From NCBI GenBank assembly GCA_048013815.1, contig CM106585.1:9920001-9984000 (forward strand): DNA of 64,000 nucleotides, read 5' to 3'. Position 1 is the stretch's first letter; every line of letters starts with the position of its first letter. The DNA is from Setoptus koraiensis (taxonomy: Eukaryota; Animalia; Arthropoda). Below the pieces are notes generated by a model that was not told the origin of the DNA, searched no databases, and worked only from the letters and a program-made list of their open reading frames with translations. This document shows, piece after piece, positions 12,301 through 24,583 of this stretch. Made by a program: the position numbers and the translations under genes.

Positions 12301-15300
12301 ATTTAAAACTGCAACAAATCACAGTGATTCGTATATCGAGAGCATTGTGAACAATTATTTGGAGATTATCAACGAAGAGAGAACGCCACGAATAGATGCA
12401 TTTCTACTGTCACAATTGAGAGACTTCGAAATGTTCGTCGGTCACACGTCACAGTCATCATTGGCGGATAACAATTATTTGGCCAAGCAGCGCAAAAGGA
12501 ATAAATTGTTGAAATTGAGATGGCACAACAAGCTGGATCACGCAATCCGATTCAATCACAGAGAACTTGACATTTTTTCTGCCACTGTATCTGGCGGACA
12601 GAGCGCCCTTTCCGGTTTGGGCCAAGCCAGTGCCAGTCGGGCCGAATTAGAGTCCAGTGGCCAGTTGGAGCACAATAGTGATGACGCAACCAAAGCGGCA
12701 CAACAAGAGCAGCAGCAGCAGCCGCTTTTGGCCGAAATAAAATGTCGCAAGGCGCTCAATTACATCAGACAATTGGAATGTCAACTGGAGCGATGTTTAG
12801 AGGCGAACAATAGACAATTGTTGGCTCAGAAACCGATAAGATATAGCGAACTAATTAGAGAGCAAAATCTCACTGATTCATTGAAGAGATTGCGCATATC
12901 AATGGTGCAACTAATTATGGTTGCCCTGGCGCCCATGAGAGTCATCTTTAATCAGCGCTCCGTGCACAGGCCCCTGTTGCCCCAGAGACGTTATCGTGGG
13001 GGCTCGCACTACAACAGAAAACTGCTCGATTGGGGTCACATCAACGAGTCGTTTTTGTCCGACCGAAGCGCTTCCGTGTTCGAAATGACCGCAGCTACTG
13101 GGCACACGCATGACGGCCCGTTGGGCAATTATCCGCGCCGATTAGAATCGTCGCTGACGGGCCGACGTATGGATACGTCGGCGCGGCGCCTCATAGTGAC
13201 CATAATGAACGCCCGAAATGTGCCCATGAGGGCGCAGTATTTGCAGCGTAACCCGCCCGTGCCCTATTACGGCGATTACCCGTACGACAGACTGAGCCCG
13301 AGGCAACAGGTGATCACATCGTCCATTGTCAATGGTGCAAACAAACAGCAGCACCAATCGAGCGACCATTACCCGTTGCTGCCCATGGGCGCGTCTGCGG
13401 TGGCCAACGGTGGCGTCCATCACGACATAAGCGAGCTCGACGTGACCCCGTGCAGTTACGTCGAGGTGGCGCTGCAGAAGAATTCACGCCAGACCAACCT
13501 CGTTGTTGGAGTGAATCCCACTTGGAACGAGACAATCGCCTTGCCAATAATATCCGGCAGTTGCCAGCAATTGCAGGCAGAAAATGACGGCCTGACGAGA
13601 CGGGACAATCAACATCGAGCAAGCAACGGTTTGCAAAAGAAATCGTCGTCACTAGCCTATCTCGTTGCCAGCGACGACACCAGCAACAACCACTCGATCA
13701 AGGGCGCCCCAATGGGGCCCATAAGACACGACGAGCACGTGTACATAAACCTGTACGATTATCAGCTGATCAATGTGTCAGCTGGCTTCGATGGCGCTCA
13801 TCACCTGACGGGGGCAGCCGCTGCGGGGCCCGTCAGTGCAGCAGCGGCATCTCAGTTGCACAAACAGGAAGTTGGCGTTGGTCCCCAGCATGTCGTGTCT
13901 AGCCAGCAGAACGTGGAGAGGCGCTTGCTGGGCTCCATTCGTTTGCCGCTGACCACGCTGTATATGAATGGCAAAATTGAGGGCACGTTCGCTCTGAAGC
14001 AGCCACTGATGCTGCCCGTGGATCAGCATCCGGCCATGCAGTTACTTGTGAGCAATGCCAACAAACAGCCAGCGGCTGTCCACAACAACGACCGCGGGCC
14101 CCTGACCGGAAATTCGTCGGGCCTGATGCCCGTGGCGACCAATCATCAGCTTATGACAATCAGTCAGCAGCAGTTTGGGCGCGCCAGTGTCGCTGACACT
14201 TGCTGCTATTTGACCTTCTTCATCACCATTGAGCCGCGCGTTTGTTTGCCGCCAACAATTGTCGAGTATCCCTTCGACACAATGGAGAGCAAACAAATGA
14301 TGCAATACGTGCGCAACTGGCAATGCTCGTTCACTTTGTATACGGTGCTCAGTAATTGGTCGTCTGAGCCCGCAGTTAACAACAACAACAACAACAAGTT
14401 GTCAGCAACGAGAGGCAAACAACATTTCGGGCAGTCAGTGTCGGGCAGTGGTCAGTTGTCGCGGCCAACGGCGGCCCAGGTGAAATGGACGAAACCCGGC
14501 AACGTCAGGGGCAACATCTATCGGCGCAACATCAGAACGATGGCCATCAACGGTGCTGGTCGGTATGCGCTGCTGACGCGCTTTATCAAGCCCATGAAAC
14601 CGCCAGAAAGTCTGACAAAACAAATTGAACGCAACGGTCAGCATAGTGAGCACCATTTGCTGAATGAAAAATTGACAATTATGGCCCGATTGAGCCGCTT
14701 CGTTTCGTTGCTGTGCCCAATTCGCGAGGGCTCCTTCTCTAACAGATCCATAGGATCCAATGTGCTGTTTGATTGCGGCCAGCTGATCAACAAATCGCTG
14801 GGCGGCATAGAGGAGAAGGCCATCCTATTGTGCAATTATTTTCTCTACCTGGGCAAATGTTGTGCTCTGCTGCTGGGCACGGCCATACCGGACGGCAAAA
14901 CCGCTTACGTAATAGTGTGGGAGGTTGCCGAAGAAACAACTGGTGGCCTCTCGGTGACCACAAACGCAACTCTAAACAGTGACAGTTCGGCAACTACCCA
15001 ACTTCCGGTTCGTGATGCAACTTCGTCCGCTTCTTCTGAGCCGGCCACAAGCAACAATCCGTCGTCTTTAGTGATGTCACCCGGCGTGACAGCAACCGAT
15101 CTTTTGTTACTGTTGCCCACTAGAATACACTCCAGACAGGTGTACCTGTGGAGCGTGACCGATGGCAAAGTTTATGCGGCCGGCCAGCAGCATCAACCGT
15201 TGACGAGCGTCGGCTGTATAGTTACCAGTGACAACATTTATGCAAATATCCAATCAGAGGACCATCCGAACAAGATTCACTATGACCTGAGAGAGGCCAC

Positions 15301-16018
15301 TAAATGGTGTCCATTGTTCACTGGAGGTGGCGCCATCAGAACCAAAACGGCAACCATCAACACGGCTATATTTGGTGCGAGAAGCTCGCCAGCGCCCAGA
15401 CAAACAATGACTGGCAATGAGGCTTTTCAAGACACCAACACAGGTTATTCGTTGCAGCCGCCCGATGACAGTTTGAATTATTCTTTTGTCGAGCCGGATT
15501 ATTGTCGTTTGCTGCACAATCTCATTGATGGCACAATAAAGGATTGTTTGATTAAATGGCGCAAGAATGCGCCCACCTTCTTCAATAGGTCAGTGGCCTC
15601 CATCATAAGCGATTGGTTGGTGCACTTCGAGAGCGACCCCTATCTCGTTGGCCATTTGTTCGAGGGCACACAAACAACGAACAGTTCCCTGTTTTATCAG
15701 CACAATTACAACAATCTGCACAACAATGAGCCTCTAAACGGACAAGCCAGCCAGCATAACATGAGCCAACACAGTATAAGCCAACAGTTGGCCCCAATAG
15801 CCAGCAAATATAAGATTATCGGTTCACCGATGAACTTCAGCTACACGAGAATGGACAATATTGTTCAGTTGCTGTACTCGACCGGCATTCATCACCAGAG
15901 TTCGAGCAACAAGTCACAACAATTCTCCGTGTCCGTTTACATAAAACCCTATCCCGCGGGCCTCATATCCGTTTGGTTGTGCGTGCTGGCCCTGGTGCCC
16001 CGCCAGGCGCCCGGCTAG
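9374..16018 (+). CDS. CC2D2A: Coiled-coil and C2 domain-containing protein 2A (MKS6, ciliary transition zone), intronless, about 2214 aa
   Basis: C2 elements RRLIVTIMNARNVPMR, PCSYVEVALQ, GVNPTWNETIALP, VYINLYD and RRLLGSIRLPLTTLY. C-terminal conserved blocks GGIEEKAILLCNYFLYLGK...LLLGTAIPDGKTAYV, KIIGSPMNFSY and VYIKPYPAGLISVW. First ATG at 9374. Confidence 0.93.
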   Translation: MDDFHSTLRRLLDRTDSAPFTKSKSDLVDSDEIAIISEPTSASILSHPDRVSTSIGSDGWSMQNSVENAANKGFVEGQVSLQEKFFEQRKDRKVDLLRRLLEEDDAKSASVEPVVLAKDDDNGQKEAPFGATDTKETSSSRGSPSASEEPNVDDFPHGNGSKMSEPKQFISSQISKLDSVEFFFRNDATLSVRKQSRDNSNIESAAMGESLAALDQVLDELGRKNKIELRSHMKVNHYNIHSPAQDEALYLCYNSGADPTNSDSPFKVFALSNDNIEQAANQQESNEVLKLRSSLQHSKVYHNDNYANDKNLARLVNRLIREGNHEKMLNIDNNASELKLIDRHCSDQTAIGYHKSMYANNDSSATDMDNLISKKALEYVDLSRVFGLIREPVARWHADGRVKGRTRLINMTDGNSLKLTETKFNGHNKRKDSITLNVNRLTFDNHPLMIEESRLTNELIRMKESIVCPDNHNKITVDDIVRSSTNYIQHIDGIESLSKNHNNNVTNIIERHNELITDTFNCIAKYVLETNTLREHRMRAVEKAKLLARVRHEQQFVSTSIRLLEAQPLTRFENENDQKKMTHLLNLFNNLIDALSKAKSLFENSQERIDDSSDGNNVGAIVHNIDSGMKTIEKLLPDEAERTAESETDKQQLLLLDDGRLVGESRLLDKVFCFIDDNMNGNNNNNSYITGDDDAILSEEEKNRRKRIRSERYKLRLDIFVVGNGTTTKLLAYSTSFQPMNLNFCIDFSDSASCSCEIPLLFANQRIALSLIRATTSNNGVNLSTRWQETEETLLVNMDSLTESLSKYSNDDGWTNLPFRYTKNRASQREAARDNSSALNSLNLFVNRLFSSMQQTINWGSSSASTNNSNSGSDESGAATGSEQLEKVFSGQVRMCYSDNSHVGIWSGKGQSNQVYNQFIQQLHQRALDDNLINRSGNSIFWLAKMPQFQLDAMKEQLLHADTIKLVELIIEQWQKFKTATNHSDSYIESIVNNYLEIINEERTPRIDAFLLSQLRDFEMFVGHTSQSSLADNNYLAKQRKRNKLLKLRWHNKLDHAIRFNHRELDIFSATVSGGQSALSGLGQASASRAELESSGQLEHNSDDATKAAQQEQQQQPLLAEIKCRKALNYIRQLECQLERCLEANNRQLLAQKPIRYSELIREQNLTDSLKRLRISMVQLIMVALAPMRVIFNQRSVHRPLLPQRRYRGGSHYNRKLLDWGHINESFLSDRSASVFEMTAATGHTHDGPLGNYPRRLESSLTGRRMDTSARRLIVTIMNARNVPMRAQYLQRNPPVPYYGDYPYDRLSPRQQVITSSIVNGANKQQHQSSDHYPLLPMGASAVANGGVHHDISELDVTPCSYVEVALQKNSRQTNLVVGVNPTWNETIALPIISGSCQQLQAENDGLTRRDNQHRASNGLQKKSSSLAYLVASDDTSNNHSIKGAPMGPIRHDEHVYINLYDYQLINVSAGFDGAHHLTGAAAAGPVSAAAASQLHKQEVGVGPQHVVSSQQNVERRLLGSIRLPLTTLYMNGKIEGTFALKQPLMLPVDQHPAMQLLVSNANKQPAAVHNNDRGPLTGNSSGLMPVATNHQLMTISQQQFGRASVADTCCYLTFFITIEPRVCLPPTIVEYPFDTMESKQMMQYVRNWQCSFTLYTVLSNWSSEPAVNNNNNNKLSATRGKQHFGQSVSGSGQLSRPTAAQVKWTKPGNVRGNIYRRNIRTMAINGAGRYALLTRFIKPMKPPESLTKQIERNGQHSEHHLLNEKLTIMARLSRFVSLLCPIREGSFSNRSIGSNVLFDCGQLINKSLGGIEEKAILLCNYFLYLGKCCALLLGTAIPDGKTAYVIVWEVAEETTGGLSVTTNATLNSDSSATTQLPVRDATSSASSEPATSNNPSSLVMSPGVTATDLLLLLPTRIHSRQVYLWSVTDGKVYAAGQQHQPLTSVGCIVTSDNIYANIQSEDHPNKIHYDLREATKWCPLFTGGGAIRTKTATINTAIFGARSSPAPRQTMTGNEAFQDTNTGYSLQPPDDSLNYSFVEPDYCRLLHNLIDGTIKDCLIKWRKNAPTFFNRSVASIISDWLVHFESDPYLVGHLFEGTQTTNSSLFYQHNYNNLHNNEPLNGQASQHNMSQHSISQQLAPIASKYKIIGSPMNFSYTRMDNIVQLLYSTGIHHQSSSNKSQQFSVSVYIKPYPAGLISVWLCVLALVPRQAPG

Positions 16019-16688
16019 CCATTAGATGGCCATTGTCTTTGTGTCCTCCCACATTTCGGCCCCAACAGAGATTCGTCACTATGTGTGGTTGAAAAATTCG
16101 CAACAGCAAAATAAAAAACTACCGAGTGCGTGCAAAAGATAACCGATCAATGGGTGTCATTTTGTTTCATTTTCAACCAACTTTTTGGAAATCATTTCGT
16201 GATCGATGACACGAAGTGCTCGATGGAGCCGATATTGACACGGGGTTTCGATTTCACACAAATTCTGTTCTATGCAAGTTTCGATGCACAAATTTTCCCA
16301 GTTTGATTGACATTTTTTGCAGTTGTCGAAATAAACTACGCACGCGGAAAAACCCGATCCAGGGTGATAGCGGAGACACTAAAGGCCGAGGAACAATGGG
16401 CAATCTGATGGCGATAACGGTAAATTTCCTAGTGATTGTGAGCGTTGCTCACTATCGCAAGCAACAGATCTGCATTGACACCCCGTCTGCTGACCATAAG
16501 GCTTGTGGTCAGCAGGTTTAACTTCAGCGATAGTGGTGGGCATACGCCAGCACCGGAACATATGAGCGCTCACTAATCCGACTGGTGCGTCGGCCCGACA
16601 CGCGTTGCACAAAATATGCAAATTTTTGTGCGTATATTGGTGCTTCGTTGTTGCAACTGATTGATATTTGAAAAACAAGCGGAAAACA

Positions 16689-17510
16689 ATGGACAAATTA
16701 CCCAACGAACTGTGGCTGATGGTCATAAGCCGTTTGGACAACAGCAACGACTGTGGCCGTTTGTCAGCGGTCTGCAAGAGAATGAATTCGCTTGTCGGCG
16801 ATCATTTCAAAATACTGGAGAAACTCGACATCGTCCACCAGGAATCGCTTAATTATATCATAGGAAACAATTATTTTAGGAAATATAAGCACATCAGCAC
16901 CTTCGAACCGCTTTTCATGAAGCTCTCAAATCTGAGGGAGCTGAACCTCAGCGGGAATATTCACCAGAAGTGGGCATTTCCCACCGGGTCGCACCGCTTC
17001 TTAACGGACAATTGCCCGCTGTTGACCACTTTGGATTTGCACGCCATCCGATTCGCCCCTTGTGAGCTGTTTCTGCTCGTCACCAAGTGTCCCCGCTTAT
17101 CTACACTCAGGATTAGTTCTGTCTCAATGGAAAGCGAAGACGAGTTGATGAGGCTGTTGTCTGGGGTCCAGTCACGACTGCTCCGCCTTGTTGTATCATT
17201 CATGGGCCGCTGTATTTTCACCAATAAAAAATGTATCATGCAGAATTTGTCCATTTATATCAAACACGGATTATGGCCCAGAGATGTCCTAGATTTAATA
17301 TGTTCGTTCCCAAAACTCGAGCAGCTATTTGTCAATCTAGAATTTGACGATAATGCTAGAAGATCTCTCGACAGGATAATTGCCAGCTGCCCGAACCTCA
17401 AGAGTCTCACATTGCTCAGATATTACGACGATATTCCAGAGCTTGAGACGCCCAAAATCCATGTAGTCGAGCGGTTCAAGGACTATAGGGAATATGGTTT
17501 ATATTTCTGA
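16689..17510 (+). CDS. F-box/leucine-rich-repeat protein (273 aa), intronless
   Basis: F-box motif LPNELWLMVISRL...RLSAVCKRMNSL right after the ATG at 16689; cysteine-containing LRRs (LSNLRELNLSG, CPLLTTLDL, CPRLSTLRI, FPKLEQLFV, CPNLKSLTL). Confidence 0.88.
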   Translation: MDKLPNELWLMVISRLDNSNDCGRLSAVCKRMNSLVGDHFKILEKLDIVHQESLNYIIGNNYFRKYKHISTFEPLFMKLSNLRELNLSGNIHQKWAFPTGSHRFLTDNCPLLTTLDLHAIRFAPCELFLLVTKCPRLSTLRISSVSMESEDELMRLLSGVQSRLLRLVVSFMGRCIFTNKKCIMQNLSIYIKHGLWPRDVLDLICSFPKLEQLFVNLEFDDNARRSLDRIIASCPNLKSLTLLRYYDDIPELETPKIHVVERFKDYREYGLYF

Positions 17511-20500
17511 CTCAAATTCTAATGGTTGCGCCCAACCATGAGCGTTTTTAAGCGTCTCTCGTTCTCGTGACGATATCCCAGATAATTTTTTGCAGATCCA
17601 TTAAAACACTGTCGATTTTCTTTATCAACTTCGACTCGTAATACTTTCGAACGCAACATTTCTTGTCTTTTTCCTTCGGAAAGGAGCCTAATCATCAGGC
17701 TAGGGTAAATCTGTCTCGAACCGAACTATTCCTGTGCATGGCAAAACCCTGAAATTTTTCTAACGAGTCATTCTTATTATTACGATGATGATGAGACGTA
17801 TTTGTAGTCACCGAAAAACCGAAATTCAACCCCTTTCCCTCATAATCACCGACTTCCACCAACTTGCACATAAGGACCGAAAAACGGGTGGTTTTTATGA
17901 AAAAGAGTAGCCCAAATTATAAAAAAAAGCTGCCCTGTTGAGGTATCCGAGAGTCGGTTGCTGAGCACTTGATCACTTGTGACATTTGTTAACTTCGGTC
18001 AGCCTAAGTCGCGCTGATATTTTGCTCTCCGCCGGAAAACGCGACAAAATCATCGATTCTTGAAGCATCCTGTATCAACTGTATATGATGTTTCGGAGGT
18101 ATCGAGTATCCCAAATAACGAAAAAAAAGCTAGGACGGCTGGGAGTTGGCTCAATCGGTGCCAGTGGCTCCGCTTCAGCGGCCTACCGTCCAGTGCTAAC
18201 AAACGAGCGCACTCAGTCGATGCTCCAACACAAAATACCAATGACATACAGTCAGTTCCTATGAAACATACTAACCCAGGGGTGTCTCCTCAACAAGTGA
18301 TCACTGAAGGACAGCCTAGTTGCTTTGCGGTGAGCATCTTGTTTTAGAATTACCTGGTCTTTAAATTCTTCAAGTCTTCGATAAATTTTCGCTGAAAATG
18401 TTTTTAATTCTTCTCGAAGAACGTTGTTTTCTTCTCGAATGAGTTCAATAGTGCTCCGATCCATTTCTAAGGTCGCTACCTTGTCACCAAAATTATTTAA
18501 ATCGGTTCTCAATTTGTTAACTGAGCCTTTTCCGATGTATTGATATTTATGTTTGCTGGTCAATTATCTGTTGGTCATATAATAATGAATTGTATTGATT
18601 TTGTCTCGACGATTGCTTATTTAATGTAAACTGAATTGTGACTTGTTGTATGAGCGTTGAATTGGTTTGTGTGGTTCTTCGCTTATTGATTTCAGTTTCC
18701 TTAGCTGATTACTTTGGTGTCAATTTCGTTGCTGTGAGTTAAGTACGAGAGTTTTTTGGATTTTTTTGGCATAGGCGTCCGACAAAGTTTTTGAACAAAT
18801 CGATCGCGACCATGCCAAATTTTTTCGCACGTTTAAATTTCGCATTAGAACGGAAAGTAGACACACCTTGGCCAGAGGATGGAGAGATGGTGGAAAGAGA
18901 AGACTGATGTCCGTCCGGAAGGGCTAGGTGACATGGGTTCACGAAGCATTCTGTTTCCATCAATTGATGGCATGCCTAATGCACAATATCTATTGAGTAT
19001 ATTTACTATTATATTGCGGTATGATTTCTTACAGTGAGAACTCGAATAAATCAGAAATTGTTTGGATATCAGAATCGTTCAGAGCCTTGTGCATATATTT
19101 TATTTTATATTTATGAGTGACAGCACCTATTGGGGTTCCTTGCTAGACTTTTCGTTCAAATGAAGTTGGGAATCAATACTCGAGATGTAGTTTCGGTGCA
19201 ATAAGAGAATGGAGCGTCCGAAAAATCCTGAGCTTTCACCAAAACTTCATCTGATTGGTCTTATCATCTACGGAAATAAGCTGGCTATTCTCAGATGATT
19301 TGTGCCGATTTACGGAAAGCCGGCTCAGCGCACGTTTTGTTGGGCTCGTCATCATCTATCGTGGCCATAGCAAATTAATGGGCCCATTTTGTCAATGAGT
19401 GATGATGGTCTTGCCAGACAGCAGCACCGGCCTGTTTGATTAATGCCCTCGCAAAGCGGGCCCCATAACGTGTGTGCAAGGGCCGGATATTGATTCGATG
19501 AGATCAACCAACGGCCTTGCGATGAAACATTCTCAGGTGAAACAATGTCTAGATCTTTGTTGGTTTTTGTCGCGTGCTACGTGCAAAGAAGAAGACGTGA
19601 AGATCGCCTAACCGTTCGGAGAAAAACCGCTCAATCAGCTCGTAATCACCTGCTCGGCCGTGGGCCAATTGCGGTGCTAATTGTTGTTGGTTGGCGCCCA
19701 ACGCGTTGACCACGCCGCACCCATTGCGTAACGTTGGCGACCATCGAGCGCGTGCTGGCTGTTTAGAAATGCCCATTGCATCATCGGCAAGATAAACAAC
19801 GCGCCGAGCATAAATAAACAAGTGCAAATAATCAGAGTTTGCTGGCTCAATCTTGCGCCTCAATTGGCATATTTAGAGAGTTCAGTTATCATTGGAAGCA
19901 ACTGTAAATATCTGGTTGTTTGCGCACCACCGAGCCATAGACAGGCGCGGATAGAGGCCAGCGAGTGGCCAGCGAGTGGCCAGCGAGTGGCGTTCATTAA
20001 TGGTGTTGCGTGCTCGAGCGTTCGGGCCGGCCAAAGGTCATAATTGGCCCGGCAATTGTAATTGCTGTGATTGCAATTGGCGGTGCCCGGCCGCCGGCCA
20101 ACTGAGTGTGCATTGCTTGGCCATTTTGCTAGGTCATTAGCGAGTTGAGCAGTCTGTGGCGGCGCTGCCATCGAGCGTTGCAATCATTAAGTCGCACGAG
20201 TTAAATTGACAGTCATTTTAGTCATTTGGGGCCGCCACTGGCTTCAGCTGTGGGCCGCTAGGTGCGCGCCGCAGAGGCCCCAGTTTGTTGCTGCGTCGGA
20301 ACTGTTTGCATTGGCCAGCAATTGGACAGCAACAGCAACAACAGCAGCAGCCAGTGGCGCTGCAATTGGTGCAAAAAGCTCGCTCGGACAGCCTGAAAAT
20401 GAAACTAAAACTGGCCATTTTCAGCCACTTTTATCCGGCGCACGAGCTGGCTCGCCAACGAGCCAGCGGGTCGGCGCTACAAACCGCTAACTATCACTAA

Positions 20501-23130
20501 TGTTGGACGCTAATGGCAAACAACATGGCGAGTCAGAAAGACAAATCGCTGGCGCGAGTTGCACAGTTATACACACGATCGCAGCTACACACTATATTGA
20601 TCACTATATAATTACGTTGCTCAACCGTTGTTCAACAGCAACAGCAGCAGCAACAACAATGAGCGCCGTTGTTACATAACCGCTGTTAAGTGAGGAATGA
20701 GTGAGTGAAGAGTGAAAATATCCAGTCCGTCCCACTCGCGTTCGGTCCCGTTCGGTGCCTCGGTGGGCCGGCGCCGCCGAGGGCCCCAGTAAAGAGCGGG
20801 CCATTGTAGTTGCACTGGGCGGCTTGCCGTCGCAGCGCTGGCCAGTGCGCGGCGGCGAGCCCCATTGTTTGCGCCAAACAACGCCAAAGTGCGCCCACGC
20901 GGCCCAACTTGTTAGACAGAACTCAATCGGGGCCCCGGACAAATCGCTCGCCAGCCAATATTAATTCCAGTCGTTATTTGCAATTGATGTTGTACAGTGA
21001 TCAAGTGGGTGGCTCGCCGCTCTTGTCAGGCCCGCCAACTGACCAGTGTTTGCTAATAAGCACAGATTGACTTCATTACTACCTCGGGCCTCGCAGCATT
21101 TTCATTTGCTGCTGCCCTTATCTCACTACTCATCTGTCTATCTGGGCAAATCCGCCGCGCCAAGCCAACTGAACGAGCGCCCTGTCCGCCCAGTCCCAAC
21201 AAATTGCGCAATCCACCTAGCCATCAGCGGCCAAGCCGAGCATCATTTATTTATATTACGAGGCAGCCTAGTTACACCGGCGGCCACAACAAAACCGGCG
21301 CTGGCCAACACAAAGAATGCGCTCATGAATAGCGGCGCACAGCTACCCGGCCCCTCGCCGGTCAGCGGGTAGCCCGGCGGATTGTGCCGATTGTCTCTGG
21401 CAGCATGTCGGGTTGCCAGTAATGTACAGATACGACAAGTAACACCGCAGTGAGGAGTGACCGCTGGCACGGAGGCACAAAAATTGGGCGTGCTCATAAC
21501 AACAAATCAGCGCTCGCTTAGCTTTGGCGTCTCGCCGGCATTGTTGCCACTGCCGCCGGGCGCCCGCATTGGGCCCGCATTAACCATCATAACCATTGAT
21601 AAGTGCGGCGGGCCGCCGCTCGCCAGTAGCAAACTGTCCCATGGGCCGGCACAATGGAAAGCGTGGGCACTCTAACAACGACCAAAATGATTTCTCTTTG
21701 CGGGGGCGGCCCCCCGCTCCCCTCCCCGAAAATACTTGTTTCGTTGCGAAGCCATACTTGTTGTTGTTGTTTAGCAGTGGAACGTATTTAGGCCACACAA
21801 GCTAACGGCAACTGGGTGCTCAGTTGGTAAAAAGTGGGCCTGACGGGGCCCCACTTTTTACATAGAACACAATGCTCGATGTTGGTCGTTAGATGATGGC
21901 CCAAGATCAATAAGTTGCACAATTCAGTGCCCAGTCGATGGGCCCTCGAGAGCTTGCCGGCAAATTGCAAGTGCTGGGCCCCACTAGTAGCGAGCGGCAA
22001 TTTATGACAATCAAGTGCCGCAAGGTGGCAGGGCCGCCGTGAAGCGCCGCGCAACGGATGCAACCCAAATTGGATGGGGCCTCATTTTGGAATTGGGCCC
22101 CTTCGATTAGGCCCGTCGCCGGGGCGCGGGTGAGCGCGTGCACCAGCACGCCGGCCCAGAAATCATATATCATTTATTTGAGCATTGCGCCACAGGTTTG
22201 TCAGTTTGGCTGGCTGTTTTCCGTTGCAACTAGCGGAAAGAGCAACTCGGCTTGCACTCGGCTTGCACTCGGGGGCCCCGAGCGGCTCCAGTCGGTGCAA
22301 GTCGGCACAAGTCGTTGCGAGTCGTTGCGAGTCGCTGCGAGTGAAAGATGATGTCAAGGGGCCCCTCGAGTGGATTCAATTAACGGGCCGGCCCGTCGGC
22401 CGGTTGTGCCGTTTCGGGGACCGTTCGGTCGATTATGGCGGCGCGCTGCTCCATTGAAAATTATTATTTATTTTATTTTATCATCATTGGCCGACCGAAG
22501 CGGCGGCTTGTGATTGCTCGGGCGCCCAGCAGCCGTGCCCCATAAACATGGGCGCGTAATATATTATACAAAGTGACTGTCACTATAGATTATGGTGGCC
22601 ACTATGTATGCGGCGCCCGGCGTCAGTCGCCGCAATGGGTCGCTATTTGCGCCGTTTGCGCGCATGTTTCGCTGGCAAGCTAGCGGGCTGGCGAGTTGGC
22701 AGGCTGGCAAGCTAGCGGGCTGGCGAGCTGGCAACGGAGCAACGGAGCGACGGACTACAAGAGTGCAAGCCGGACTGGCAAGCCAAACCACAAAACACCA
22801 ACAGAAATTGCATTGTCAATAATAAATTATCGATTTGTCGTCATTTCCTCTGTCTGTTTTGCTGGGCTTGGGCCCTTGTTGCTCGCAAATCGAGAGCGAG
22901 GCCCGCAAATCGGGACAGCTCGCTGTGCGGGCGCACAACGGCAAACAACGGATCGCGCCCCAAACAGCATTGGGGCCCAGCGACGACCACGGCGACGACA
23001 GCGAACCACATCGACGGCAAGCAACAATCCCGTTAGTCGAGCAAACAACAAATCTATTTTGTCGCTGTTGTCCACATATGCGGTGCCACGGATAATAAGT
23101 AAGTGGCAGTGTGTGTGCAAACTCGCCGGC

Positions 23131-23162
<32 letters not shown>

Positions 23163-24583
23163 CGACAACGACAACGTTAGGCCGACGTGCCAGCAGCATA
23201 CAATGAACATGCCTGTCGTCGACTCCTCCCATAGGGCCCCCACAAGGGGAACATATTTGAATATTACGTAATATATGTTTGTTCTCGGCTCCTTATTAGC
23301 ATACGCTGCGGCCTCACAGCCAGATCGGTCCATACGCATATGCATACATATACATATGTGACACACAGTCACAGTTATTCTGGCTGGCAAAATCTAAATC
23401 TAAATTGGATTTCGCGACTGGCACTCGAAAAAGAAATGAAGTGAAGCGAGTTTACATTGCGACACGTTCCAGCGGCCCCAAATACCCGGTTGATGCAGTG
23501 TCGCCCAGAGCTGACACGGCGCCGCCGGAGCCGCCGCCATCGCTGACACAGGCCACCGGGCCCAAACAAAATCATTAGGTCGGCTGGCTGGCGACCAGAA
23601 ATGGAATTAAAATGCACTCCGCCGACAGCCTGGCCAACGTGCCGCTCGATGGGGCTCCCGACGGCCGCTCGCGCGCAACTTGCACGCACCAAAATTAGAT
23701 CTAATAATGCCACAAGGCATGATATATGTCCGATGTATCATGCTGCACTGTATCCAAACTGTTTCGGGTTGCCCGAAGCTGGCTCCGGCCATCCGCTTGC
23801 CGCCCAACGGCGGGCCCGACAAAAGTCGGCCCGTGGCTCATGGGCCGTGAGAGTCTCGTCACGGCGAGTCGTCGAACACCTAAGCGATTCGCTTAAAGCG
23901 AGTCAGAAGTGCCTCTCGTCAGCCAGTGTGGATATCCGATTCCGACTGTCGTCAGGCTGCAGATCCACGAACGATTCGTAACGGATCCCAGACATGGAGA
24001 CGAAATTCCGAAATCCACAATGTGTCCTTCAATCGAGCATTCGTTAGTTTAATTTCGTCAGCAACTAATTTCAGCTAACTCATCACTGGCTGTTCGTGGC
24101 TATCCACAATCCGCAAAAATGAGACCACATAAAGAATATTGGTCCACATCCGGAATACGTTTGAATATCTTTGGACATGCCCGTGGATATCCGAACATCG
24201 ATCGCATCTCTTTTGGTGACATTGGACTCCAATGATTGCAGCCGTGTCAATCGGCGGCTCGTAGCTGGGCCATTTACGACAGTGCGGTTTTCGTTTTTGC
24301 AGCAATTCAAAGTCGACAGTTTTCACTCTTTCGTTCAGACTCTAAACTTGAGCGACGACGACACTTTGGCGCGGGCCAGATGAGCCCAAAGGCTGAATGC
24401 CGCCGAAGAACCGGCGCCGGATAATCTGGCGCGACGACAAACGCTTAGCTCAAACGAGCTATTTATTTATTCGATAAGCCCCCCAATCAGGCGAAGAGTT
24501 TAGCTTTTGGGGAGCGCCTGGCATCCCCAACATCCTGGTATCCCCAATAGCCCGGTATCTTGAATGGTCTGATATCTCCAGCA

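Noticed and set aside
16487-16515. 10-bp perfect inverted repeat upstream of the F-box gene
   Set aside because: Too short to be significant in 64 kb; no associated element ends.
18252-18963. Coiled-coil ORF (LRTDLNNFGDKVATLEM...LREELKTF) resembling a LINE ORF1 relic
   Set aside because: Several in-frame stops upstream and no RT, endonuclease or zinc-knuckle motif nearby; it cannot be assigned without a repeat-library search.
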